Below are positions 1 to 12,439 of a DNA stretch of 64,000 nucleotides, one piece after another. The first letter of the stretch is position 1. Each line of letters begins with the position of its first letter. The DNA lies in the NCBI RefSeq assembly GCF_006345805.1, contig NC_043012.1:35588001-35652000 (forward strand). The letters run 5' to 3'. The notes beneath the pieces are model-generated. The model was not told the origin of the DNA, made no database searches, and saw only the letters and a list, made by a program, of their open reading frames with translations. The stretch comes from Octopus sinensis (taxonomy: Eukaryota). Both the position numbers and the translations under genes were made by a program.

Positions 1-14
1 TTTCAGCAGCTTAC

Positions 15-95
15 CTTTCTGTGATAGAAGGCCACCAAGGTTCACAGACTGAGACCGTTTTTTCAGCCGCTTCTGTCGTTTGGCATCCACACATG
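15..95 (-). CDS. Internal coding exon (81 nt, phase 1-1) of an unidentified host gene; (A)CVDAKRQKRLKKRSQSVNLGGLLSQK
   Basis: Minus-strand acceptor TTTTTTTTTTACTGCAG and donor AAAG|GTAAGC. Length is a multiple of 3 and the frame is open. A second frame is also open, so the frame choice rests on phase compatibility with the 19030 exon. Confidence 0.65.
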
Positions 96-499
96 CTGCA
101 GTAAAAAAAAAACATTTCATTAAAATGGGTCTGAGGAAGTTATGAGGTTATGAGATGCTGCACTGCCACCCAGTTCTGGGTGCACAGTTTCCTGTAGCAG
201 AAACAACTGTTAGCTAATGAAAGCAATTTCATAACTTCTGTTTTCTTGTCATTCATTAATTTAGACTCACACACACACACAACTCCATATATATATATAT
301 ATAATATAATAATATTGTCAGGTAGTGGTGTTAAGTTAGATATATATTTTGGAGATGTACTTGTTAAGTTAGATATATATTTTGGAGATGTACTTGCATA
401 GTAAGTGACCTGATCTGAGATTGTGTGCTGCAATTATATATATATATATATATTATATATCTATATATATATATATATATAATATATATATACACACAC

Positions 500-751
500 A
501 CATCATCATCATCATTATTCGACCGTGGTCAAGACAATGGAATTTACCATGCTATGCCAGACTTCATGGTCCATCATAGCATTACGGAGGTCCTGTTGCT
601 GGATGCCCATATCCCTGGAGATTACATCAGGGTAGGAGAGTGTGTGCCCTCTGATATTGTGAGTAGATGGCTTCCAGAGGAGAAGAGTAGAAATTGCCTC
701 GTTTTCAGCTCTACAACAATGTCCAGCAAACTGGACTCTCCTACCTTTTAC
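500..751 (-). mobile_element. RTE-clade LINE, 5'-truncated ORF2 C-terminus with (GAT)n tail
   Basis: Translation KGRRVQFAGHCCR...LLLWKP...YPDVISRD...AMMDHEVW matches the RTE ORF2 end. A second copy lies at 46536. Confidence 0.8.
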
Positions 752-785
752 ACACACACACACATACATACATACATACATACAT

Positions 786-938
786 ACAAGAGTTAAGTAA
801 TGGAATAGATAAGATCCAGGCTACATATGTTTCATAGCAAGTGGGACCTCAGAAGTGGATATTTACCACTTCCACGGATCTGCTCTTTATGAAACATAAG
901 TAACCTGGTTCCTATCTACTCCATTCCTTAACTCTTGT
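786..938. repeat. Imperfect palindrome (about 50-bp arms) with an inner hairpin
   Basis: AGAGTTAAGTAATGG...GTTTCATA versus its reverse complement: 6 mismatches in 48 nt. Inner stem GAAGTGG/CCACTTC. Confidence 0.8.
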
Positions 939-1126
939 GTTCTTATTTGCACACGCAGCAACCCTGGGTGCCTACTGGGAAATATAAAAAAGAAAAATTT
1001 CACAACCTTCCATCTCAATAAACCACCACTCTCCCTAAAAGTTTTTTTTTTTATATCTACTACAGTTTGCTTAAAACTCACTTTCTTCCTACACCTTGAT
1101 CCTTAGATCCTACAATTATATATCCT

Positions 1127-1516
1127 TATCATCATCAGCAGCAGCAGCATTTAACGTCCGTTTTCCATGCTGGCATGCATTGAATGGTTCGACTGGGGTC
1201 TGGGAAGCCAGGAGGCTGCTCCAGGCCCCAATCTGATCTGGCAGTGTTTCTACGGCTGGATGCCCTTCCAAATGCCAGCCACTCCGAGAGTGTAGTGGGT
1301 GCCTTTTATGCGCCACTGGCACAGGGGCCAGAAGAGCTGGCATCAACCACGATCGGAAGTTGCTTTTACGTGCCACCGGCACAGAAGTCAGTTAAAGCGG
1401 CACTGGCATCGGCCACGTTCGGATGGTGCTTTTACGTGCTACAATTTCCATTTGGTTTGATTTTTATATTACTGATGTTGATGTACTTGACTCAATAGGT
1501 CTCCTCAAGCATGACA
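1127..1516 (-). mobile_element. Family A: RTE 3'-UTR-type retroelement with (GAT)n tail
   Basis: Conserved core GGCGTTAGGAAGGGCATCCAGC...CCAACCCATGCCAGCATGGAAAACGGACGTTAAA(TGA)n, shared by more than 15 copies in the window. Confidence 0.8.
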
Positions 1517-1517
1517 T

Positions 1518-1597
1518 GAAGACAATGTTGTCTTTGAAACATATGTCGAAAGTAAAAGAATTTGAATAACATCTGCGTTCAACTCCATTTATTTACT
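1518..1597 (+). ncRNA. 5'-truncated hammerhead ribozyme / Penelope-like tail, same family as 29706
   Basis: GAAGAC-AATGTT-GTCTTT-GAAAC-ATAT-GTC-GAAAG followed by the same tail as 29792-29842. The CUGAUGA strand is missing. Confidence 0.55.
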
Positions 1598-1685
1598 AAT
1601 ATATATCTATATCTCTATATATATATATATATACACATATATGAACATATATATATGTATATATATATAGACACACACATATATG

Positions 1686-1728
<43 letters not shown>

Positions 1729-2169
1729 CATATATATATATCCAGGGATCGAGGTGTAGGAAGAAAGTTAGCTTCAAGCAATCCGTAGTAAATATAAAAA
1801 AAACAACTTTTAGGGACAGTAGTGGTTTAAGACCATTCTCAAATGAAAGAAAATGTTTAAAAGAAAACAGTTAGAGGGATACCGAGACAGACTGACAGAG
1901 ACAGACTGACAGACACATTGGCAGTCTGATAGAGAGACAGACACTAAAAATAGGAATTTGAAAGGGTTTCACCAACCTTTTGGAATCTCTATGGTACAGT
2001 CTGGCATTATTTTTTGTGCTTTGGTCAGTGCTACCTTTCTCAGAGCTTCTTGTTCAACTGCTTTGGTCAATGTCAGGATACTCACTGGTTGCAGAATGAC
2101 CTTACGGCCACTAACACTCCCCCATGTACAGCAACCCTACAAAAAGGAAAAGAACAAGGTTCATCACAA

Positions 2170-2430
2170 AAGTTATTAACCATCATTATCATCATCATCA
2201 TCAACGTCATCGTCATCGTTATCGTCACCATCACCATCGTCGTCGTCGTCGTCTTCGTCGTCGTCGTCGTCGTCATCATCATCATCATCATCACCGACAT
2301 CGTCATCAACATCATCATCAGCAGCAGCATCGTCATCGTCGTCATCATCAACATCACCATCGTCATCATCATCGTTGTCATATTCATCATCATCGTCATC
2401 GTCATCATCATCATCAGTAGTAGTAGTAAT
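2170..2430. repeat. (CAT)n/(CGT)n trinucleotide tract
   Basis: Direct inspection; source of the poly-H, poly-D and poly-I ORFs. Confidence 0.95.
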
Positions 2431-2432
2431 AG

Positions 2433-2665
2433 TAAGATGGTGAGCTGGTAGAATTGCTAGCACATCAGACAAAATGCTTAGAGGCATTCCATCCGTTTTT
2501 TTATATTCTGGGTTCAGATTCTGCTGAAGTCAGTTTTGCTTTCCATGCTTTCAGGTTTCATTTCAATAAGTATCAGTTGAGCATTGAGGGTGGGGGTGGG
2601 CGGGTCAATGTAATCAACTTACACACTCCCTCTAAATTGCTGGCCTTGTGCCAAAATTTGAAACC
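2433..2665 (+). mobile_element. Family B tRNA-derived SINE (decayed)
   Basis: Head GGTGAGCTGGTAGAA...GGGTTCAGATTC with A/B-box-like motifs; central CTTT(C)ATCCTTTC...GATAAAATAAGTA domain shared by many copies. Confidence 0.7.
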
Positions 2666-2723
2666 ACCACCACTCTGCCACTACCACTGTCATTACCGTC
2701 GTCATACACACACACACACATGC

Positions 2724-2764
<41 letters not shown>

Positions 2765-2929
2765 TATATATATTAGAATAAATGAGGTACTCAGAAATCT
2801 GCATAGTTTTGTAAAACCACTATTATGCAACTCAAACAGTGATAGACATAAACCAATACATAAATAACATAAATAACAAATAATATATATTATTATAAAA
2901 CATATAACTAGATCTCAAAAAGTAATATA

Positions 2930-3316
2930 TATATACTCTCTTACTCTTTTACTTGTTTCAGTCAGTTGACTGCGGCCATGCTGGAGCACCGCCTTTAGTC
3001 GAGCAAATCGACCCCAGAACTTATTCTTTGTAAGCCCAGTACTTATTCTATCGGTCTCTTTTGCCGAACCGCTAAGTGATGGCGACGTAAACACACCAGC
3101 ATCGGTTGTCAAGCAATGCTAGGGGGACAAACACAGACACACAAACACACACACACATATATATACATATATACGACAGGCTTCTTTCAGTTTCCGTCTA
3201 CCAAATCCACTCACAAGGCTTTGGTTGGCCCAGGGCTATAGCAGAAGACACTTGCCCAAGATGCCACGCAGTGGGACTGAACCCAGAACCATGTGGTTGG
3301 TTAGCAAGCTACTTAC

Positions 3317-3325
<9 letters not shown>
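2930..3325 (-). mobile_element. Family C tRNA-derived SINE with CORE-like segment
   Basis: GGTTCTGGGTTCAGTCCC B-box-like head, then GGCATCTTGGGCAAGTGTCTT (CORE-like), an internal TA/TG microsatellite and a (AAAAGAGT)n tail. Consistent with octopus OR2-type CORE-SINEs (family name is inference). Confidence 0.75.
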
Positions 3326-3347
<22 letters not shown>

Positions 3348-3520
3348 TATATAGAGGGCATTATTACACATAGATGCCACACGCTAGGAGGGACTTTTAA
3401 AGTCAAAACTACCAAAATAAACAAATTGTACCGAATGCAATCTTCGAAGCGAGTCATTTAAAAACAGAATTTAGTTACATATCACCTGTGATTTCGCAAT
3501 CAATATATATACAATCAATG

Positions 3521-3551
<31 letters not shown>

Positions 3552-3563
3552 TATATGTGTACG

Positions 3564-3595
<32 letters not shown>

Positions 3596-3918
3596 TCACA
3601 TGCACATGCACAAATTAGCACATAGGTGCAAAACTAGGCAGCAAAAAATAGTACTCGAATACCAAAAGTAGAGTAAAATGTTTTACTGAAGCTGTAGAAA
3701 ACTTCACAAATTGTTACACAGAATTACATGAAACTCTGAGTGACAGCTTGAGAAGTCATATAGCATACACACACACACATATATAGGGAGTGCTTACGAA
3801 AAAACAAAAGATGAAGACAGGTGGTGTACAAAACGAACAGATGTATTAGTATAACGCTCAGATATATATACACTTACATACATGTAGTAATATGTATATA
3901 AATGTATAAGCTTGAATC

Positions 3919-3968
<50 letters not shown>

Positions 3969-4457
3969 TGAATGTGCTTGTAGGCATTTCACCATGAGGC
4001 ATGAGCTGGTGGCTATGTATGTACATATCTGAATATATATATATATATATATGTATGTATATATACATATGTGTATATGTGTATACTGTATGTATATTAG
4101 TATTTGTGCTTGTATGTATGTATGTATGTATGTATGTATGATGTATGTATGTATGTATGTATGTATATATGTATGTATATATGTGTGTGTGTATGCATGC
4201 ACGTATGTATGTGTGAATGTGTCTGTTTGTATATGGTTCTGTTTGTATCCAAGCATGGCTTCCCTAACAAGCTTTCCGCTCAAGAATCACTTTATCTTGA
4301 CACGACATTATTATGTATAATTGTATAGACAGGAAATGTAATAGTATTACTAGAGAAAGGGGAGAAGAGGGGGAGGGGGAACTGAAGCAAACTAATACAT
4401 ATATATATACATATATATTTACAGATGTATATATATATATTTGTGCATATATATACA

Positions 4458-4522
<65 letters not shown>

Positions 4523-4962
4523 GCATATACATATGTATATATATGCATGTGTGTGTGTATATGTATATAAAAAGACACACGTATATGTGTATTTATATCA
4601 TCACTATCATCATCATCATCATCATCATCATCAACATTATCGTTTTAACATCTGCTTTTCTCTGCTTGCATGTCTTAGATAGAAATTGTCGTAACAGATT
4701 CGTCTACAGCCGGATGCCTTTCCAGTTGCCAACCCTCACCTATTTCCAAGCCAAGCTAACAGTTATACATGAATGGACAGATTTATGCAGAAAACTGCAA
4801 GTGAAGAACATTGCTTGCATAATGGTGACACTTATTTACAGTTATCACATGATGTCATGATGAGGAGACAGTGATGACACAAACAGACACATACACACAC
4901 ACACAGAACACCACACACACACACACGGATATATGTATAACAAGCTTTTTTTTTTCAATTTC

Positions 4963-5240
4963 TGCCTCACCAGGCTCCAGTCTGATCTGGCAATGTTTCT
5001 ATGGCTGGATGCCCTTTCGTAATGCCAACCACTCTGTGAGTGTAGTGGCTGCTTTTTACGTGCCACCGGCACAGGTGCCAGGGGAGGCAGCGCTGGCATC
5101 GGCCATGTTCGGATGGTGCTTTTTACGTGCCACCAGCACAGGTATCACATTTACAATTTCCAAAAAACCCAAAAAAACAATAACTACGGCTGGATGCCCT
5201 TCCTAACGCCAACCACTCTGTGAGTGTAGTGGGTGCTTTT
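4963..5240 (-). mobile_element. Family A fragment
   Basis: GGCTGGATGCCCTT...GCCAACCACTCTGTGAG core present twice. Confidence 0.65.
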
Positions 5241-5302
5241 TATATATGTATATATATACATATGTGTGTGTGAGTGTGTATGTGTGTATATATATATATA
5301 TA

Positions 5303-5335
<33 letters not shown>

Positions 5336-5339
5336 GTTA

Positions 5340-5705
5340 TAGTGGGGTAGGCTGGTTTATGATGTTACCCTGGGTTTCTCACTCATAAGGGGTTGAGTTT
5401 TGTGGTGTATCTTCAGACCCCAAACACTGTTGGCCTGAAACCTCTTTAAAACCTGGAGGGGAAAGCCTCCTTTAGCTTTGTGGTGCTTTAGTGACTGCAA
5501 GATAGCAGGGCAGCTGAAGACTGAGGGACAATGGCAAAGGGAGATAAACATCTAGGGTTTTACCCTTAAAAACGAGGTTTTTCCCCCTCCATATTTTAAG
5601 GAAGTCTCAATCCGGCAGTGTTTGGGGTCTGAAGATACAGCGTAAGGCTAAACCCCTTGTGAGTGAGAAATCCAAGGTAACCCCATAAACCAGCCTACCC
5701 CACTA
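5340..5705. mobile_element. MITE with about 120-bp imperfect TIRs and TA flanks (Tc1/mariner-like)
   Basis: TA|TAGTGGGGTAGGCTGGTTTATG...CATAAACCAGCCTACCCCACTA|TA; the arms align over about 120 nt. Confidence 0.75.
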
Positions 5706-5799
5706 TAATATTAACTGCTCTATGTCTTAGTGTGTACTTCTCCCCTGGATTTATGCATTTCTACAAACAATGTGTGTGTGTGTGTATATATATACACAC

Positions 5800-5832
<33 letters not shown>

Positions 5833-5999
5833 TATATATATATATGTATGTGTATATATATATTTGTGTATATGTATATATATATATATATTTATATATA
5901 TATGTATTTTTATCAACACATTGAACAATATATATATGTAGGAATATACACGTCTAAGCAGTTGTGCACATTTGTATATATACTTCTATATATACACTC

Positions 6000-7610
6000 T
6001 CTCTCTCTCACATGCACACACACTCACATACTCTCATACTGATCTGCATACATACATCTACACCCATACACAAACTTACATGTATATATATTTATTTATA
6101 TATATATATATATATATACCACACACACATGCATATACTCACATACACACTTTTACATTCAGATGTGTATATATATACATAAATGAAACATTCACACACA
6201 CATACTTATATACACACATGCATCTACTCCTGCACCTCCATGCAATCTTACACCTTCACAAAACTCCATGCCTAGATATTGAGTTCTACACCCACACTCA
6301 GTAAGTGCATATGTATGCACTCGCATAGATACACCCACACACATAAACACACCCACACACTCTTTCAACACACACCAACAAATACAAACCAACATACATA
6401 TTTCTACACCCACACATAACTATACATACATACATAAATACATACACATGTAAACAAACCAACACAAACACACATGCGTGCACACACACACACATGTGCA
6501 CACCTACATACATGCTTCTCCCACACATGGTCATATGTACATACACCTACACACAAATTAACACACACACACACATGCACACACCTTTTCCTACAAACAC
6601 ACACACATACCAATCCACAAACACACATGCACACACACACACGCACACACCTGTTCATGCACACACACACACACATGCTCTGACTCCTACACAAGGTCTT
6701 ATGTACATACACCTACACACAAACTAATGTACACACATACACGCACCTGTTCCCACACACACACACACACCAATCCACAAACACACACACACCAATCCAC
6801 AAACACACACACCTGTTCATGCACACACACACACACACACACATGCTTTGACTCCTACACACGGCCTTATGTACATACACCTACACACAAATTAACACAC
6901 ACACATGCACACACCTTTTCCCACAAACACACAAACACCAATCCACAAACACACACGCACACACCTGTTCATGCACACACACACACACGCACACACACAC
7001 ACACATGCTCCTACTCCTACACATGGTCTTATGTACATACACCTACACACAAACTGACACACACACGCACACACCTTTCCCCCACACACACACCTACACA
7101 CATGCTCCTACACGTGGTCTTATGTACATACACCTACACACAAACTGACACAAATACACACACACCTGTTCCCACACACACATGCCTACCAATCCACACA
7201 CACACACACCTGTTCACACACTCACACACACACATGCTCCTACTCCTACATGTGGTCTTATGTACATACACCTACACACAAACTGACACACACACACCTA
7301 CACACGGTGTACATGCTCACACTCACCTACAAGCACCTGCTCCCACACACAAATTAACAAGTACACATCTACATACATGCACACACACAAACAAACACAC
7401 ATGCAGACGCCCACGTAAAGACACGCACACACATATGAACCAATACACAAACTCCCACACACACGCACACACATGCACATACTTCTACCCAGACACACAC
7501 ACACCTACACACATACACCTACAGGCGAGTTTCTACCCTCACATTCACACGCCTCCAATCTAGTAAATAACCACACACACACACACACTGACACACACAC
7601 ACTCACACTC
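6000..7610. repeat. Long degenerate (CA)n-rich tract with recurring GGTCTTATGTACATACACCTACACACAAA motif
   Basis: Direct inspection; the motif recurs about 5 times between 6530 and 7290. Confidence 0.85.
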
Positions 7611-7919
7611 ACAAGACATAGATAAATATGAACGAACATATATATACACACATGTTCCTACAAAGAAAGAGAGAGGGGGAGGGAGGGAAAGTACAGAGAA
7701 AGAGGAAGAGAAAAAGAGAGAGAGAGAAGGGGGTGAAAAAGAGAGAGTGTATGTGTCTGAGAGTTCAAGTTTTGGTAACGACCATGCTACATCCAGTCTC
7801 TTGGGTACAAAGATCCTGATGGTGGCGGTGTTGTTGTTGTTGCTGGTGGTAGCAATGGTGTGTGTGTGTGGTTGTAGTGCTGATGATGGAATTGTTGGCT
7901 GTGATAATGACAATGATGA

Positions 7920-7953
<34 letters not shown>

Positions 7954-8784
7954 GATGGCAGTAGTAATGATGATGATGATGATGATAATGGTAATGGAGA
8001 GCTGACAGTGATGTGATGATGATGATGATAATCCTCAAAGCTACCATCAATACATCACTGCAATTAACATCATCATCATCATCATCATCATCATCGCCAC
8101 TATAATTGTAATTTCTGTTGTCATCACTACCATCATCATCGTCATCATCATCATCGTCACCACCACCACCACCACCACTATTACTCCACTGCCTCCAGCA
8201 TCAACCTCCACCCTTACTACACCCTATCCCACCATCATCCTCATCTTCCCACCCCCACCATCATGATCCTCCTCCTCCTCATCCTCTTCATACATGATAT
8301 CAACACAGATGTTGCCAAAAGTCACGACAGAGGAAGAAATGAAAGAATTGACGACATGAACAGAGTATGCGTGCGTGTTTTTGTGTATGCGTGTGTGTGT
8401 GTGTTTTTGTGTATGCGTGTGTGTTTATGTGTATGCGTGTGTGTGTGTGTTTTGTGTATGCGTGTGTGTGTGTTATGACAGTAACGTTGGTGGTGGAATA
8501 GATGATGCTGATGCTGACGATGAGGGGGTGGGGTGACGGTGGAGCTGATGGTGGTAGTGTTGTGGTTTTTATGTTGTTAGCAATACTGATGACAACAATG
8601 ATAGTGGTGATGATGATGATGGTGATGATGATGATGGTGGTGATGATGATGATGATGATGATGAAAACAATGATGGTAATAATGAGAATTGCAACTACCA
8701 CCATGACAGTATCACTGCAAAAGTCATCACACACGCACACACACACATTATATACGCGCGCTTGTGTGTGTGTGTGTGTGCGTG

Positions 8785-8829
<45 letters not shown>

Positions 8830-9339
8830 ATGTGTCTCTTGTTATTTTTTTTATAATTCTTTGAATTCTTTTGATAAAGAAGAGGCTGGTGTTCTAACCA
8901 AGAGACAAAGCTTCATTATTTCGTCTTGAGAGATAACAACAGATTGGAAAAGCAGAAGCCTTGCTCAGATGCAACATTCTTCTTCATATTTAGCAATCAG
9001 TCTCTGCAAAAAAAATCTTGTTGTTTATTTCTTTTCACCTTGACAGAACTACGTGTGCACTGAATGTGTAATAAGGATAATTAATAATTGAAGTATTATT
9101 TTAAGCGATTAACCCTTTCGTGCACACATAAATTTCTTTATGTGCACAGGTTGCAAGACATGCATTCATGTGGCTCACGTCATTCACATGGAGCATTGAC
9201 AGTAAACCTTTTTAATCTGGCATGTAGAAAATATATTTTCGTTAATTTAATTTTTTTTTCTTTGTTACCATATTTCTGTTGAAATTCCCTGCTTTTGTCT
9301 CAATAAATTCAGGAAATAATGAAGAATTTAATAAAATAA

Positions 9340-9625
9340 GTGTGTTGGTGTCATGTGAAAAGCATCCATGCTGGTGTCACATTAAAAGTACTTCTACTGG
9401 TGTCACACATAAAGCAACCCTGATGGCGTCACATAAAAAGCACCCTGTACACTCTGTAAAGTGGTTGGCACTAGGAAAGGCATCCGGCTGTAGAAACCAT
9501 GCCAAAACGGACAACTGGAGCCTGGAGCATTGCTCCAGCTTGTCACCTCCTGTCAAACTATCCAACCTATCTCGGCATGGAAAACAGACGTATGATGATG
9601 ATGATGCTGATGCTGATGATGATGA
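9340..9625 (+). mobile_element. Family A copy
   Basis: GTGGTTGGCACTAGGAAAGGCATCCGGCTGTAG core and (GAT)n tail. Confidence 0.7.
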
Positions 9626-9644
9626 CGAACTTCATTGTCGTTAA

Positions 9645-9929
9645 CCCTTTTGATATCAACCTGCCTGAGACTCTTCCTGCCAACATAAAGTGACCTAAAT
9701 AAAAATCTTCCATCAAAATTTCTTGTTAATTTATGCTTCAATGATAAAGTTCAACCCTTTTGATACCAAATGTCTTGTTTTCAGAAATCTTCCACCAAAC
9801 CTTAACCACAATTTATGTTCCTAACCCTAGCTTAATGATAACTAAGTTATCTCACTAAATTCTTTGTTATATTTAAAATTAATTGTAAGAAACACAGAGC
9901 ATCTCAAAAGAAATATGGTAACAAAAGGG
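9645..9929. mobile_element. TTAA-flanked MITE (piggyBac-like ends); further partial copies at about 9255-9340 and 9949-10150
   Basis: TTAA|CCCTTTTG...CAAAAGGG|TTAA. The internal sequence is repeated immediately downstream. Confidence 0.65.
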
Positions 9930-10615
9930 TTAACAAATGATTAATTAAACCCTTTTCATACCAACCCAGCTGAAACCAGCTCTGGCCCTGTAGTAAAAAT
10001 GTCTTGTTTTCAAAAGTTCTGAATTAAAATCTTCCACCAAACCTTAGTCACAATTTATGTTCCTAACACTTGCTTAATGATAATTAAGTTAGTTTACGAA
10101 ATTCTTTGTTATATTTAAAACAATTGAATGAAACACAAAGCATCTCAACAAAAATATGTCATTTTTCTAAATTCCTCATTATTTTCAAAAGGAAATGAAA
10201 TAAAGATAATGTATTTCAACAAAAATAGTTAAACTGATTTCTAAAACTTCAATCAACATGAGCCAAGACTACCTCCATTACTCTCCAACACCACACCAGA
10301 ATACCCCCCCTCTCCTACAGAGATTATTAATTGACATGAATTTTAAGCTGAAGGTTTTAATTCAGATCCTTTTAAAAAAAGAAGTTTGGTCATAGGCAAG
10401 TTGGCATCAAAACAATAATTCTGCTATTACAGTCTTGCTAACTTGTATTTTAGTTTTATGAAAATGCTTATGGATAATTTTTAATAACATGGTATTACAA
10501 GAAGATTTTCTTTTACAAAATCCCTTGCATGTCCCCTAAAAACCTGTGGAGCATCACTGATGGTATACGTGTCATAGGTCTGCTATTACTGACCCAGAGG
10601 GAACAGTGTTTAAAT

Positions 10616-11064
10616 CAGTGGTTCTAAATGGGGTCCACATGATACTTGGGGTGTCCACATAATTCTTAGGGTGGAGGAGAGTCCACATGATTCTTGGGGG
10701 TGGGGGTGGGGGGTCCACATGACTCTTGGGGAGGGGGGTGTTCCACATGATTTTTGGGAGGTCCACATGATTCTCAGGAGGTCCTCATGATTCTTGGGGG
10801 AATCCACATGATTCTTGGGGGAAGGGTCCATATGCCCCTTGGCGGGGTCCATAAATGGTTTCACCGTTAAAATATGTGTGCAATAAATTGGTTAAACCTC
10901 TACAATACACAAAATATTTATTATTTTTTTATGCAATTCCTAAAAATATTTAATCATAAAAATGTAATGAGACCTTTTTTTAGATATCAAATGGTTTTAA
11001 GGGTCCATTTGAGTAAAATAGGAACCAAAAGGGTCCAGCAGAAAGAAATGGTTGAGAAACACTG
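10616..11064. mobile_element. hAT-family MITE containing an internal minisatellite
   Basis: TIRs CAGTGGTTCT / GGTTGAGAAACACTG; 8-bp flanks GTTTAAAT and GTTTAGGT (6/8 match); about 10 copies of GTCCACATGATTCTT(G)n. Confidence 0.75.
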
Positions 11065-11629
11065 GTTTAGGTGGTCCATTTCTTTACATGAAAATTGTAG
11101 GTACTAATAGGGACTGGCCCAAACATTGTGCCACCAATGGTGGAGGTGGTTATCCAATGGTTTCGACAATGAGGATTCAGTTCTACAATTAACAGCATTT
11201 CTTCCTCCTGAATTAACGCATAAGTGGCTGAGTATTCCACGAACATGTCTACCTTTAATGTATTTCTCAAGCAGAATCAACATGACACAGTGAATAACAA
11301 GTTTGAATTAAAGGCAGAATCCACTGATGGGCTTCCATACAGTTTCTGTTTGCCCAATTCCACTAACAAGGGATGAGTTGATTGGAGGCTATATAAAATG
11401 GCATTTGTCCAGGATGCTTGGCAGGGAGCTCAACCTTAGGACCTCACACTTGTGAAGCAAACTGTGTAACCATTTAGCCATTACTGCACTTCTATACATC
11501 AATGTATCCATCCATGTATGCATGCCTGTATAGATATGTATGTATGTATATATATACACACACACATACACATATATGTGTGTGTGTGTAAGTATATGCA
11601 CATACATACTTTATGAATTCTTGGTGAAC

Positions 11630-11819
11630 TTACTGGTGCTGGTGCCTTGTAAAAAGCATTCAGTACACTCTGTAAAGTGGTTGGCATTAGGAAGGTCATC
11701 CAACTGTGGAAACCATGCCAAATCAAGCATAGAACCTGGCAGATCCCTCTGGCTCCTGTGTTCTTGTCAAACCGTCCAACCCATGCCAGCATGGAAAAAG
11801 GGATATCAAATGATGATGA

Positions 11820-11867
<48 letters not shown>

Positions 11868-12108
11868 TATATATATAATATATATATATATATTCATGAT
11901 AGTGACACGTAAAAGACACCCATGCCCGTGACATATTATAGGCACCCATTACACTTTGTAAAGTGGTTGGTGTTAGGAATGGCAAAGAAACCAAGCCAAA
12001 ATCAGACTGGTGCCTGGTGCAGTTCTCTGACTTACCAGTTCCAATCAAACCATCTGACCCATGCCAGCATGGAAAACAGACACAAAACGATGATAATGAT
12101 AATGATAA
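11630..12108 (+). mobile_element. Two decayed family A copies (about 11630-11823 and 11900-12108)
   Basis: Each has the GTGGTTGG..TTAGGAA core and a CCATGCCAGCATGGAAAA...(GAT)n end. Confidence 0.65.
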
Positions 12109-12439
12109 TATGTATGCATGTATGTATATTGCAGACACAATGAACAATAAAACAAAGTAGGGACAAGCTTAGCAAATTCTGTATAAGTTTAACACTTAGA
12201 GGAAGGAAGGAAGATGATTCTTAATGTTTCACGCATTAGTCCATCATCAGAAGAATAGGAAGAGTGCCATTTTTCTCTTTCTCCTTTTATGCTTTCCTTC
12301 TGACAAACGACTAATATCTTTCCTTTCCTTCTCAATGTTCAGCTCAAACAATTTTGGGGAAAAATTGTGTTGCTTATTTTCCTTTCTTTTATTGTTCATT
12401 GCATTAACAATATATTTTTAACACTTCCATGGACATCTT

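Larger units (their letters stand above)
1020..1828. repeat. Inverted pair of about 90-bp copies of one repeat end (1020-1107 and 1741-1828)
   Basis: GGATC.AGGTGTAGGAAGAAAG...CTTTTAGGGA.AGT.GTGGTTT is present on opposite strands. Confidence 0.7.

Noticed and set aside
329-394. 33-bp tandem duplication; similar short duplications at 58654/58930 and 63962-64000
   Set aside because: Ordinary slippage products with no further structure.
9048-9068. Plus-strand micro-exon NYVCTEC after a good acceptor
   Set aside because: The donor is weak, no partner exon was found, and the better-supported exons are on the minus strand.
10616-10860. CRISPR-like repeat-spacer appearance
   Set aside because: The linkers are short G runs rather than unique spacers, the repeats are degenerate, the block sits inside hAT TIRs, and there are no cas genes in this eukaryotic DNA.
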